64,000 nucleotides of DNA from an uncultured Candidatus Saccharibacteria bacterium (GCA_964502615.1 CAZCXF010000003.1:8962-72961), one strand, 5' to 3'; shown: positions 38,418 to 48,253, numbered from the stretch's first letter. A program made the numbers and translations. The notes: generated from the sequence alone by a model not told the origin.

Positions 38418-40536
38418 TTGTTGGTTTAAAGAAATCAGGGTTAGCTTCTTTAATTGATAAGTTTAGGCGTCCCCTTTCATCTACTTTTATTATTTTTACT
38501 GGAACCTTATCTCCCTCTTTAAGGATATCAGAAACTTTCTCAACTCGAAATGGTGCGATTTCAGAAACGTGCACTAGTCCTTCTGTGTCAGTATTTATTT
38601 TCACAAAAGCACCAAAATCCATAATTTTTACAACTTCTCCGTTTGCAAGTTCCCCTACTGTGTATTCGTGAGTCATATCGTCAATAATTTTCTTTGCTTT
38701 TTCTGCACCTCCGTTTTTACCAGTAATAAATATTGTTCCATCTTCATCAATTGTGATTTCTGTACCAGTTTCTTCGCGGATTGCATTTACATTTTTTCCA
38801 CCTGGTCCGATGACAAGTCCTATTTGTTCTTTTTTAACTTTAGTAACTACTATCATAGGTGCGTTTGGTGATATAGATGCGCGAGGTACAGCTATTTCTT
38901 TTACGATAGTTTCAAGTATGTTTAGGCGTGCAACTTTTGCACGACCCAATGCTTCTTTTAAAATATTTACAGGTATTCCATCAACCTTCACATCAAGTTG
39001 TATTGCAGTGATACCATCCTTTGTTCCAGCAACTTTAAAATCCATATCACCATAATGATCTTCTGGTCCTTGGATATCTGTAAGCAGTACGTATTTGTTT
39101 TTATCAGCAGTATCAATCATTGCTCCGATTGATATTCCTGCAACAGGTGTTTTTATAGGTACTCCACCATCCATCAATGCTATTGTTGATGCACAGATTG
39201 AAGCTTGAGATGTTGATCCATTTGAAGCAACTGATTCAGAAACCACTCGAATTGTATATGGGAAATTTATTTTCTCTGGAATCACAGGAGTTAAAGCTTT
39301 TTCAGCAAGGAATCCATGACCCATTTCTCTTCTATTGATTCCACCAACACGACCTGTTTCACCGCCTGAGTACGGAGGAAAGTTGTAGTGATGCATGAAA
39401 CGTTTCTTTGCAGAAAATTCTATTCCATCTATAGTGTGCATACTCTCAGGACCTGCAAGTGTTAGTACAGATAGTACGTGTGTTTCTCCTCGGTAAAATA
39501 TTCCAGAACCGTGTAACACGTCTGAAATACCTCCGGCCTTAGCATAAAGAGCACGAACTTCATCGAGTGTGCGTCCATCAGCACGTTTATTTTCTAAAAT
39601 AGCCTTTTCATGAAACATTTTATCTAGGTAGTGGTGTAGGTAATCTTGTGCAACATAAATTTCTTCCTTCTGTTCTTCGTTGTATGTTTCTTTTAAGATA
39701 TTGTTCCAAAGTAATTCCGCATCATTTGCCACTTTCTTTCCTTCTTTACTAAAAAGTCCAGCATCAATCATTCCTTTTACTTTATCATTAAACAAATCCA
39801 TAACATCTTTTGTTGCTTCTGGTTTTGGAAATGAAAGTTTTTCTTTACCAAATTCACTTCTTAGTTTTTGTTGGAAACTTTCCCACTTTGTTATCTCTTC
39901 AATTGCAATATCAAATCCACTACCTATTTCTTCATCAGACAATTCGAAAGCCATAGACTCAATCATGTTTATAGTCTTCTCTTTTCCGCAAACCATCAAA
40001 TCAAGAGTATAAACTGGTTCATCTCCGTTTGGAATGTAATTATTTACTTTTAGAGTATTGTCTTCTTTTGTCTTACTTATATGAACTGCTCCTATTGGAC
40101 CGTTCCAAGGTATGTCTGAAATGTTGAGTGCAATAGATGCTGCATTTACTCCCAAAGTTTTTGGATCAGCTTTTCCTATAGCAATTACAGTTATGATGAC
40201 TTGAACTGCATTTTTTATATGGTGGTCAAAAAGTGGTCTGATTGTACGGTCAATAACTCGTGCTGCAAGAATTGCTTGGTCGGATGGACGACCCTCACGT
40301 TTGCTAAATTGACTACCTAGGATTTTTCCAGCTGCATAGAACTTTTCTAAATACTCAACTGTTAAATTAAAAAAGCCTGGATTATTTTCCCCACTCTTTG
40401 AAATCACAGCTGTAGCCATTACAACTGTCCCCTCACATTTGAGCATGACTGAGCCGTTTGCTTGGTCTGCTAAATCACTAAAAACTGCAGTGATCTTTTT
40501 ACCACCGATTTCTACTTCGTATTCTTTACTATTCAT
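38404..40536 (-). CDS. pnp: polyribonucleotide nucleotidyltransferase (PNPase)
   Basis: Two RNase PH domains, KH and S1 domains; 710 aa. Confidence 0.9.
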   Translation of the reverse strand: MNSKEYEVEIGGKKITAVFSDLADQANGSVMLKCEGTVVMATAVISKSGENNPGFFNLTVEYLEKFYAAGKILGSQFSKREGRPSDQAILAARVIDRTIRPLFDHHIKNAVQVIITVIAIGKADPKTLGVNAASIALNISDIPWNGPIGAVHISKTKEDNTLKVNNYIPNGDEPVYTLDLMVCGKEKTINMIESMAFELSDEEIGSGFDIAIEEITKWESFQQKLRSEFGKEKLSFPKPEATKDVMDLFNDKVKGMIDAGLFSKEGKKVANDAELLWNNILKETYNEEQKEEIYVAQDYLHHYLDKMFHEKAILENKRADGRTLDEVRALYAKAGGISDVLHGSGIFYRGETHVLSVLTLAGPESMHTIDGIEFSAKKRFMHHYNFPPYSGGETGRVGGINRREMGHGFLAEKALTPVIPEKINFPYTIRVVSESVASNGSTSQASICASTIALMDGGVPIKTPVAGISIGAMIDTADKNKYVLLTDIQGPEDHYGDMDFKVAGTKDGITAIQLDVKVDGIPVNILKEALGRAKVARLNILETIVKEIAVPRASISPNAPMIVVTKVKKEQIGLVIGPGGKNVNAIREETGTEITIDEDGTIFITGKNGGAEKAKKIIDDMTHEYTVGELANGEVVKIMDFGAFVKINTDTEGLVHVSEIAPFRVEKVSDILKEGDKVPVKIIKVDERGRLNLSIKEANPDFFKPTNGGK

Positions 40537-40741
40537 ATTCTTTATTTAGTTAGTCTCCAGACCCTAGTTTTGAAACACTTCTAGTTTCAACTCTATCCGT
40601 CTAGAGAATAACTGGTTATTTGTAATATACACAAAGCATAGCAGGAAATATGGATGTTTTCAATTATGTTTACTTTTATGGGTATTGAAGATATACTCCA
40701 ATTAAACGGACTGAAACTTTAAATCATTTAAAAAACTCATC

Positions 40742-41479
40742 ATGAAAAGTATAATCTTCAAGGAATACTCTAATGTATATAGGGAAAGCCTTATAAACTT
40801 CTCAACAACCTCTCTTGAAATGTTTAACCTGATAAGGGAAAAGATTTCTAGGCAGAATTTCATTAGCCTGTCATTAGGTCGGTTAACCGATTCAAGTTTT
40901 GAAGTTGTGCCTGCAATTAATTTCTCATCAGTAGGACTGGTTGATAATAACATTATTGAAGCACTGTATTATGATCAACACCATTGCGATGAATCCGGTA
41001 ATCTTATTGCTCAAAAGAAAGTTATCCGGCTGGATAATCCACTTGCAGAGTTACCGATTTTACCCAATTACAAAGGTGACTCAAAATTTTTTACAATTGG
41101 GGAGGAATTGTCTTCTTACCGACAGTTCATAAAAGAGTCACGAGAATACTTGCTCACCATGATTGGCCAGGATATCACTCTCTACTATAAGAATGATGAC
41201 CTGAGTATATCCATGGTTAGTGGTTCACTCACGGAAGTAAACAAAAGCAATATTTTCATGAACGACTTTCATGAATTGCTGGTTAAGGATAATAAAACAG
41301 TTCGTGTTGAAATCCTTTCCAGACCCAAAAACCATCGCTTCATATCTCAAAATGGCTACATGTTCCAAGTTACCCCGGCAATTTTTGAAAAATGTCAGAT
41401 GTACGATGGTGGTGAGGTTTTCGGAATTGAAAAAGTTTGGAATTTTTCAATTCCACAAAAAATGGTTAATGTTGCTTAG
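40742..41479 (+). CDS. hypothetical protein inserted between rpsO/NYN and pnp
   Basis: 245 aa, no recognised motif; opposite strand to flanking operon; followed by GC-rich hairpin. Confidence 0.35.
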   Translation: MKSIIFKEYSNVYRESLINFSTTSLEMFNLIREKISRQNFISLSLGRLTDSSFEVVPAINFSSVGLVDNNIIEALYYDQHHCDESGNLIAQKKVIRLDNPLAELPILPNYKGDSKFFTIGEELSSYRQFIKESREYLLTMIGQDITLYYKNDDLSISMVSGSLTEVNKSNIFMNDFHELLVKDNKTVRVEILSRPKNHRFISQNGYMFQVTPAIFEKCQMYDGGEVFGIEKVWNFSIPQKMVNVA

Positions 41480-41524
41480 TTCTGTGTACTTGAATAATAA
41501 CAGGTGGCCCCGTGGCCGCCTTTT

Positions 41525-42031
41525 TTAATATATTAAATATTTTCTTGGATTAGCTGAAAGATCTAAGAAGTCATCTGCTTGCTCTTTTAATTTCATAGAT
41601 GAACTCTTTCCAAATGATACTACTTCAACTTGTACTCCAAATGTACTCTGTAAATATTCTACAAGTGGAACAAAGTCACCGTCCCCTGCTACTAGTACTA
41701 CTGCATCGAGTCTAGGTGCCATTTTTACTGCGTCGATTGATATTCCTACGTCCCAGTCACCTTTTTTATTTCCACCAGCAAAAATTTGTAGTTCTTTTGT
41801 TTTGGTTTCAATACCTAGCTTAGTAAGTGCATCAAAAAAGTTCTTTTCTTCCCCTCCTTCGGAAGTTATGACATATGCAGTCGCGCGGACGAGCTTTCGC
41901 CCAGCTACAGCATCTTTAAGTACTGCACCAAAATTTACTTTTCGTTTATATAGATTTTTAGCACTATGATACAGATTTGCTGTATCGATAAATACACCAA
42001 CTCTCTGCTCTTTATGTTTTATTATGCTCAT
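41525..42031 (-). CDS. NYN-domain (LabA-like) protein
   Basis: RVGVFIDTANLY...VVLVAGDGDFVPLVEYL pattern of NYN/PIN-like nucleases. Confidence 0.6.
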   Translation of the reverse strand: MSIIKHKEQRVGVFIDTANLYHSAKNLYKRKVNFGAVLKDAVAGRKLVRATAYVITSEGGEEKNFFDALTKLGIETKTKELQIFAGGNKKGDWDVGISIDAVKMAPRLDAVVLVAGDGDFVPLVEYLQSTFGVQVEVVSFGKSSSMKLKEQADDFLDLSANPRKYLIY

Positions 42032-42057
42032 ATATGTTTATTGTATCAAAACAAAAT

Positions 42058-42077
42058 GTTCCGACCTAGGTCGGAAC
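42058..42077 (-). terminator. rpsO terminator/attenuator hairpin
   Basis: Perfect palindrome gttccgacc-ta-ggtcggaac followed by T-rich tract on minus strand. Confidence 0.65.
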
Positions 42078-42083
42078 ACAATG

Positions 42084-42344
42084 TTATGCTTTTAATGTTT
42101 TAAGTTGTGCTGCGTGACGAGTCTTGTCTTTCTTCTCTAAGTACTTAAGATGACTTCTGCGATCAGCAACCATCTTGATAAGTCCACGTCGAGAGTGATT
42201 ATCTTTCTTGTGTTCCTTCAAGTGACTTGCAAGTTCATCGATTCTTTTACTTAGAATTGCAATTTGAACTTCAGGAGATCCTGTGTCCTTATCGTGAATC
42301 TGGCTTTTCTTTATAATATTTTGCTTTTTCTTTGTCGTTAACAT
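42084..42344 (-). CDS. rpsO: 30S ribosomal protein S15
   Basis: [14 protein letters not shown]...[15 protein letters not shown] signature. Confidence 0.9.
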   Translation of the reverse strand: MLTTKKKQNIIKKSQIHDKDTGSPEVQIAILSKRIDELASHLKEHKKDNHSRRGLIKMVADRRSHLKYLEKKDKTRHAAQLKTLKA

Positions 42345-42417
42345 CGTCCTTATATACTAGCACATATTTAAAAAAATTGCAAGAGGGCTTTATATAAGGG
42401 TATTTATACAGACTTAT

Positions 42418-43365
42418 GTGTTACAATTATTGTACGACATTAATATGGCTTCAAAAATTGACCAATTAAAAAGAGAATTCCTTGAACATGTTGAAATTGA
42501 GAAAGGAAATAGCCTAAAAACAGTAAATAATTACGATCATTACCTGACACGGTTTTTTGAATTTGCAAAGATAAGCGAGCCAAAAGAAATTACTGATGAC
42601 AAGATTCGCGAATTCAGGTTATTTTTAAACCGACAGCCGGGTATGAAAATTCGTGGTCAGCAAGCTGCCACACTTAAAAAGAATACTCAGAACTATCATT
42701 TGATTGCACTTCGTTCATTTCTAAAATACATGATGAAACGGGAGGTTACTTCCCTACCGCCTGACCGTATTGAACTTGCCAAGATCAAAGAAAGATCTCT
42801 CGATCTTATCTCAACAGATGAACTTGTAAGGCTCATGAATGCGCCCGATGTTAGTACCCCAAAAGGTCTTCGTGATAGAGCAATTCTAGAATTATTCTTT
42901 TCTACCGGTCTTCGTTTGTCTGAACTCTGCTCTCTTGATCGCGATCTTGATTTATCAAAAGATGAGTTCTCAATTCGAGGAAAGGGAGAAAAAGTAAGAG
43001 TAGTATTTCTTTCAGACGAAGCGAAGAATGCAATACGTGCATACTTGAAAGGGCGTAAAGATTTAGACGAGCCTATGTTTGTGCAACAGTCTCACAATGG
43101 AGGTAAACAAAATGGTAGATTAACCCCAAGGTCAATAGAGCGAATCGTGAAACACTACGCAATTAAGGCTGGAATATCGAAAAAAGTTACACCTCACGTA
43201 ATTCGCCATTCATTTGCAACTGATTTACTATCAAATGGTGCTGACATCCGCTCAGTGCAGATGATGCTTGGTCATGCTAATATTGCTACAACTCAGATAT
43301 ATACTCACATAACAGACAAGCAACTCAGAGATGTACATAAAAAGTTTCACAGTAAGTCAAAATAA
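42418..43365 (+). CDS. xerC: XerC/XerD-family tyrosine recombinase
   Basis: C-terminal HVIRHSFATDLL...LGHANIATTQIYTH with catalytic R-H-R-Y pattern; start may be the internal Met at ~42445. Confidence 0.8.
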   Translation: MLQLLYDINMASKIDQLKREFLEHVEIEKGNSLKTVNNYDHYLTRFFEFAKISEPKEITDDKIREFRLFLNRQPGMKIRGQQAATLKKNTQNYHLIALRSFLKYMMKREVTSLPPDRIELAKIKERSLDLISTDELVRLMNAPDVSTPKGLRDRAILELFFSTGLRLSELCSLDRDLDLSKDEFSIRGKGEKVRVVFLSDEAKNAIRAYLKGRKDLDEPMFVQQSHNGGKQNGRLTPRSIERIVKHYAIKAGISKKVTPHVIRHSFATDLLSNGADIRSVQMMLGHANIATTQIYTHITDKQLRDVHKKFHSKSK

Positions 43366-43368
43366 TTT

Positions 43369-44163
43369 ATGAAAATAATTTCATGGAATGTAAATGGAAT
43401 ACGCGCAGTACACAAGAAGAATCTCTTCGTGCCTTTTGTGAAAAAATACAAGCCAGATATTATCTGTCTTCAAGAAACAAAAGCAGAACAACACCAATCA
43501 GAAGTGGATCTGCCAGATTATGAAGAATATTGGAATTCTGCATCACGTAAGGGTTACAGTGGTACTGCAATTTTTACTAAGACCAAACCCATATCAGTTA
43601 TTCTCGATATTCCAAAAGAGATTGCTAAAAAATATAAAAATTTGAGCGATAAATATGGAGATGCCAATAGTGAAGGCCGTGTAATAGCAGCTGAGTTTAA
43701 AGATTTCTATATTGTTACTGTATATACTCCAAATGCCAAAGATGATCTTTCTCGTATAGAAATGCGTCATGATATGTGGGACAAGGCTTTCCTTGAATAT
43801 ATGAAGAAACTTGAGAAAAATAAACCCGTTATTTTCTGCGGTGATCTTAATGTTGCACACACAGAGGACGATCTTGCTCGTCCAAAGGAAAATATCGGCA
43901 ACAAAGGTTTTACAGCTGAAGAAAGAAAAGGATTTCAGAATTTTCTTGATGCTGGGTTTATAGATACCTTTCGATTATTCACGAAAGGTAACGGTTACTA
44001 TACATGGTGGAGTCACTTCGCAAATGCACGTACTCGTAATGTTGGCTGGAGAATAGATTACTTTTTAGTATCAACTAAACTAAAATCAAAAATTAAATCA
44101 GCTAAAATTCTTCCTGAAGTTTTAGGGTCTGATCACTGCCCCATCCTTTTGGAATTAAAATAA
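43369..44163 (+). CDS. xth: exodeoxyribonuclease III (AP endonuclease)
   Basis: MKIISWNVNGIRA N-terminus and ExoIII family motifs through C-terminal SDHCP. Confidence 0.85.
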   Translation: MKIISWNVNGIRAVHKKNLFVPFVKKYKPDIICLQETKAEQHQSEVDLPDYEEYWNSASRKGYSGTAIFTKTKPISVILDIPKEIAKKYKNLSDKYGDANSEGRVIAAEFKDFYIVTVYTPNAKDDLSRIEMRHDMWDKAFLEYMKKLEKNKPVIFCGDLNVAHTEDDLARPKENIGNKGFTAEERKGFQNFLDAGFIDTFRLFTKGNGYYTWWSHFANARTRNVGWRIDYFLVSTKLKSKIKSAKILPEVLGSDHCPILLELK

Positions 44164-44326
44164 TAAAGTATTGACTTCCTGTGAGGAAGTACGCTATATT
44201 GATAAAAGTATGAAACGCAATTTTAATAGTCAGTATAATCAAATTCCTTGCCTCCTTCCGACATCATATTTGATGGCTGATTTTTGCGTTTAAACACTCT
44301 CCTTAGAAAAAATTGATTAAACCTAA

Positions 44327-44356
44327 AAATGAGCCATCAAATATGGCTCATTTTTG
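44327..44356 (+). terminator. intrinsic terminator hairpin after a short non-coding/small-ORF region
   Basis: aatgagccat-caaat-atggctcatt perfect 10-bp stem followed by TTTTG TTCTTT. Confidence 0.5.
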
Positions 44357-44404
44357 TTCTTTAAAAATATTCAAAATATTCACTAACCCCCTAAATTTAA
44401 TTTC

Positions 44405-45397
44405 ATGAACAAGATGAATTTTAAGATTGCCATTATTGGCAACGGAAAGCTAGCTAAGTCCATCGTACTCGGCTTATTAAAATCTGGTTTTAAACCAGGA
44501 CAAATCATTGTTATAGGCAGAGAAACCTCTGATTTAGAATGGTTCTCAAAGAAGGTAAATATTTCACGCAACATGGAAGAAATTGCTACAGCAAGTCATA
44601 TAATCATTGCTGTTACTCCAGACGGTTGCGGAGATACCTTGGTCCGGATTAGAGATGTAAATTTGCAAAGGTTGTGGGGTTACGAAATAATCTCGTTTAC
44701 CTCAGGTCTTTTAACAGAACAGATTTCAAACGTGATTCCTGAGAATGTATTGCATCGTACTATCGCAGCTACTTGTAATACAAATATTGCTTATGGTCAC
44801 GGTATTATCTGCTCGACAAGGGATTCCAACCTGCTTCGTTTCTTGGTTGGGGAGAATTTGTACATAGAAAGAAATCAAGAAAAGATAATAAATTATATTG
44901 TAAGTATCGGTTCTTTCAACGCTCTGCATTGCGTTGGGGTCGACCTTGCTAAAACAAAGTCACGCATGCCACTTTCTAAGTGGATAGATTGCGCTGATTA
45001 TTCATTATCTAACTTTAACTTTCCTGACCAAATTCACTCCAAAGATCCTCAGTACGTCATCAAAGAGTATTTATGCAATGTAAGTAGAATTTTCTCAAGG
45101 AATTTCTACCACAATGTTTCTCAGTCTGAGAGGATGGCTCTCGGTACATTCAAAAGCACTCTGCAAACTCTTCGAGCAATGATAAACGAAGGAAATGCAG
45201 ATCCTGTTGCGAATTTACGAAGTACTGTTGTTACCCGTGGTGGTTGTACTGAGAAAGGTGTAAATAAAATTTTAACACCCGATCAATTAACATCTCGTAA
45301 ATTCATGGAGGAAGAGGTGGTTATGCCTATTTTGAATGTAGCAAACAATTTTCCAAGAATTGCTACAGAATCAATCAGAAAAAGCTTGAGAGCTTGA
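44405..45397 (+). CDS. divergent pyrroline-5-carboxylate reductase-like NAD(P)-binding protein
   Basis: N-terminal Rossmann KIAIIGNGKLAKS; weak ProC-like HRTIAATCNTNIAYGHG and VVTRGGCTEKG segments; 330 aa, longer than canonical ProC. Confidence 0.4.
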   Translation: MNKMNFKIAIIGNGKLAKSIVLGLLKSGFKPGQIIVIGRETSDLEWFSKKVNISRNMEEIATASHIIIAVTPDGCGDTLVRIRDVNLQRLWGYEIISFTSGLLTEQISNVIPENVLHRTIAATCNTNIAYGHGIICSTRDSNLLRFLVGENLYIERNQEKIINYIVSIGSFNALHCVGVDLAKTKSRMPLSKWIDCADYSLSNFNFPDQIHSKDPQYVIKEYLCNVSRIFSRNFYHNVSQSERMALGTFKSTLQTLRAMINEGNADPVANLRSTVVTRGGCTEKGVNKILTPDQLTSRKFMEEEVVMPILNVANNFPRIATESIRKSLRA

Positions 45398-45424
45398 ATT
45401 GTTTTTCTCAAACTATGTGTGAAT

Positions 45425-45452
45425 ACCCCGGCTATGAGTCGGGGTTTTTTAT
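45425..45452 (+). terminator. rho-independent terminator
   Basis: ccccggctatgagtcgggg hairpin followed by T6. Confidence 0.7.
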
Positions 45453-45891
45453 TTTTTGCAATTTTATTATTTTATGTTAGTATCTTTTTTAAGTGATTGT
45501 TTAACCATTAAAAGATTTTTTATGATTGTGAAAACATTTGTCCTTTCTCTTTTCTCAGTTTTTATCTACACGAGAAAAGAAAAAGAAAAAGAAAAAATTG
45601 TAACGTGGGATGACCATAGTTATCATGCACACTATCCTTAGTCTAAAACCATTCAAACCCCAATTTTTCACTTTTCAAATCTCGGCTTATGAGGTATCTT
45701 GCAAGAGTGTTTGTTCGCTCCTTATCAGCATCATTTTGGTGTCTGAAAAGAACATTTCAGTCTAAAAACCGACCACCAAAACCTGGAGATGGTTTGTGGT
45801 CAAGAAAAGGCTTCAAATAAGAAGCATTACATGAATACTTCTGATTCTACCCGTTAAGTTCCAACTGCTAACCCGGTTGGTTCTTTTTTAT

Positions 45892-46386
45892 TTAGCTTAC
45901 TTTTGGCGGTTGGTCCATTCCAGCCCAAAGGTTCATAGTTCCTATATTTTCAGTACCTGATTGTTTCATATACAGGAAGAGTTGCATTTTGTATGCAGCG
46001 GCAATAGAAAGCATCCCCATCAGATGAAGTGCTTTACTTTGAGTTCTTCCCCACATATTTACTTCTGTTTTCATATCTTCTTCTGAAATAGAGTTTATTA
46101 ATTTTTCTACCTCAGTGAATTCCTTGTCCATCATACTTGCAAAATTCTCAAGGGTCGCTTGCTCCCCTACTCCAAGATATTTTTTATAGGCACTTCCATC
46201 TCCTGTAACTACTCCTTCTATTCCAGATATAAATATCTGAGTAAGGTATGTCATAAGCTCCTGCATATTTCTCTGAGGTTCTGTTGGTTTATGAGAAAGT
46301 TGTTCTGGTTTTATCTTTTCTGCTAGGTGCTTGATAATTCGAAATTCGTTTCCAAGTATTCCTAAATATTGTTCTTTTGTGATCAT
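45892..46386 (-). CDS. hypothetical helical protein (possibly DinB/YfiT-like)
   Basis: 164 aa; weak resemblance only. Confidence 0.25.
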   Translation of the reverse strand: MITKEQYLGILGNEFRIIKHLAEKIKPEQLSHKPTEPQRNMQELMTYLTQIFISGIEGVVTGDGSAYKKYLGVGEQATLENFASMMDKEFTEVEKLINSISEEDMKTEVNMWGRTQSKALHLMGMLSIAAAYKMQLFLYMKQSGTENIGTMNLWAGMDQPPKVS

Positions 46387-46450
46387 ATAATCTAATTATT
46401 AGTTTGTAATAACATGATTATAACATATCAAACCATCCCCTATTCTTTAT

Positions 46451-47947
46451 TTATTTTTTGACACCATGCTTTGCATGGAGTTTTTTTATTTCTTCCTCCT
46501 CAAGGGTTTCTTTCTTTTCCTTACCCTTTTCCCCTAATGCTTTTAATTCCTTATCGTCTAGTTTTTCAAATTCATGAACAAGTTTTGATAAGTTTTCTTT
46601 TGTATTTTTCTTAGGATCATCAAGAACTTCTTCAAGAAGCGCATTCAATATCCACCCCATTCTCGGCCCTGGTTTTATATTTAATTCTTCCATTAAAGTT
46701 TTTCCATCTATCTTGAGTTGTCCTACCGAAATCGGATCTCTTAAAACCTCTTCAATCATAGCGTGATATTTTCTTAGTCTATATGGGGCTTCTGCTTTTT
46801 TCATTCCTACCCTATCACATTCACGAATATTCATTAGATCCCATATGTTTTCTTTACCCACCTTCGCCACCATCCTCCTAACTGCTGAGAGTGTAATTTG
46901 CTCAGTATCAGAGAAAAACATGTGGTTTCTAACCATAGATACAACAAAATCTGTCTCCCTCTTTGGAAACTTCAATCTTTCCATTATTGTCTTTACCATC
47001 CTAGCTCCGACCACTTCATGACCATAGAAGGTATAAGCTTTCTTGTCACCTGGTCTCCTAGCGCGTGGTTTTCCAATGTCGTGAAATAGTGCAGATAATC
47101 TGATTTCCCTAGAAAAACCTTTACTTGCAGCATGTTCTAAGGCTTGTAGGCAATGTTCAAAAACATCATATATATGTGCTCCCCCTTGGTCGCACCCAAT
47201 TCCCTCTTCTAATTCTGGAATTATGTATTTTAAGAGTCCTAATTTAGAAAGCATACCAATCCCAATACTAGGATTATTGGATTCAATTATTTTTACAAAT
47301 TCGTCGTGGATTCTTTCGTTCGAGATATTCTTTATTAAGTTTGAATTATCTGAAATAGCTTGCATGGTGTCGTAGTCCACTGCAAAACCTAACTGTGTGG
47401 AAAAACGTATAGCTCGGAGCATGCGAAGTGCATCCTCATTAAACCTATCATTTGCCTGACCTACAGCTCTAACCACCCTGTCCCTTATATCTTCTTGTCC
47501 TTTATAAAGGTCAATAATCTGTCCCTTAGATATGTTGTAAGCTAAGGCATTCATAGTAAAATCACGTCTTTTGAGATCATCTCCTATATTATCGCTATAT
47601 TTTACTTGGTCTGGATGGCGAAAGTCACTATATTTTGCCTCAATTCGATAAGGTGTAACCTCTATTTTACGTGTTTCACCTGAAACATTGGTTTCATCTA
47701 TAACAGCTACAGTTCCAAATGTATTCTCATATACCGTCTTTTCAAACAGAGGTATAATTTCCTCAGGCTTAGCATCTGTTGTTATATCCCAGTCTTTAGG
47801 ACTTCTTTCTATTAAAAGGTCTCTTACGCAACCACCAACAATAAAGGCTTCAAATCCAGCCTTCTCTAAGGTAGATGTTACATGTGTAACATATAGAGGT
47901 ATTTTTGAATTATCTATTAGATTATTCGACATTTTATTTATGTGCAC
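46451..47947 (-). CDS. cca: CCA-adding tRNA nucleotidyltransferase with HD domain
   Basis: Pol-beta-type GGCVRDLL and polyA-polymerase head; HD motif HDIGK; likely true start at internal ATG ~47932. Confidence 0.8.
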   Translation of the reverse strand: MHINKMSNNLIDNSKIPLYVTHVTSTLEKAGFEAFIVGGCVRDLLIERSPKDWDITTDAKPEEIIPLFEKTVYENTFGTVAVIDETNVSGETRKIEVTPYRIEAKYSDFRHPDQVKYSDNIGDDLKRRDFTMNALAYNISKGQIIDLYKGQEDIRDRVVRAVGQANDRFNEDALRMLRAIRFSTQLGFAVDYDTMQAISDNSNLIKNISNERIHDEFVKIIESNNPSIGIGMLSKLGLLKYIIPELEEGIGCDQGGAHIYDVFEHCLQALEHAASKGFSREIRLSALFHDIGKPRARRPGDKKAYTFYGHEVVGARMVKTIMERLKFPKRETDFVVSMVRNHMFFSDTEQITLSAVRRMVAKVGKENIWDLMNIRECDRVGMKKAEAPYRLRKYHAMIEEVLRDPISVGQLKIDGKTLMEELNIKPGPRMGWILNALLEEVLDDPKKNTKENLSKLVHEFEKLDDKELKALGEKGKEKKETLEEEEIKKLHAKHGVKK

Positions 47948-47964
47948 CCAGAGGGATTTCGATC
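47943..47964 (-). pseudogene. tRNA-Arg 3'-end fragment (direct repeat of tRNA-Arg acceptor/T-arm)
   Basis: tgcacccagagggatttcga duplicates the 3' end of the tRNA-Arg gene 100 bp away (one extra T); further degenerate T-arm-like copy cgaatccct at ~48018. Confidence 0.5.
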
Positions 47965-48044
47965 ATTACATGATCAGTACACTTTTCGTATTGCTGGAGC
48001 AATAAACTCAAAGTCTTCGAATCCCTACAGAACGTGCCGTTCTG

Positions 48045-48116
48045 TGCACCCAGAGGGATTCGAACCCCCAATAACGGTTCCGAAGACCGTCGTGATATCC
48101 ATTTCACCATGGGTGC
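48045..48116 (-). tRNA. tRNA-Arg (anticodon TCG)
   Basis: 72-nt cloverleaf folded by eye: acceptor GCACCCA/TGGGTGC, D-stem GTGA/TCAC, anticodon stem ACGGT/ACCGT loop CTTCGGA, T-arm GGGGG-TTCGAAT-CCCTC. Confidence 0.8.
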
Positions 48117-48253
48117 AATTATATGTTTATATTTGCGACTAAGTAATTGTATACTAAAACACATGTTTAGTAAATAGCCTTATAAATAAAGGTTAAAATC
48201 GTAAATTGCAATTATCTTAGAAAATAGTTATAATCTATGAGTTATTTTATTTT

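Noticed and set aside
45456-45641. 61-aa ORF with KEKEKEKEKI
   Set aside because: Low-complexity product of an AG-rich DNA run (gaaaaagaaaaagaaaaaa) inside a terminator-flanked intergenic region; most likely non-coding.
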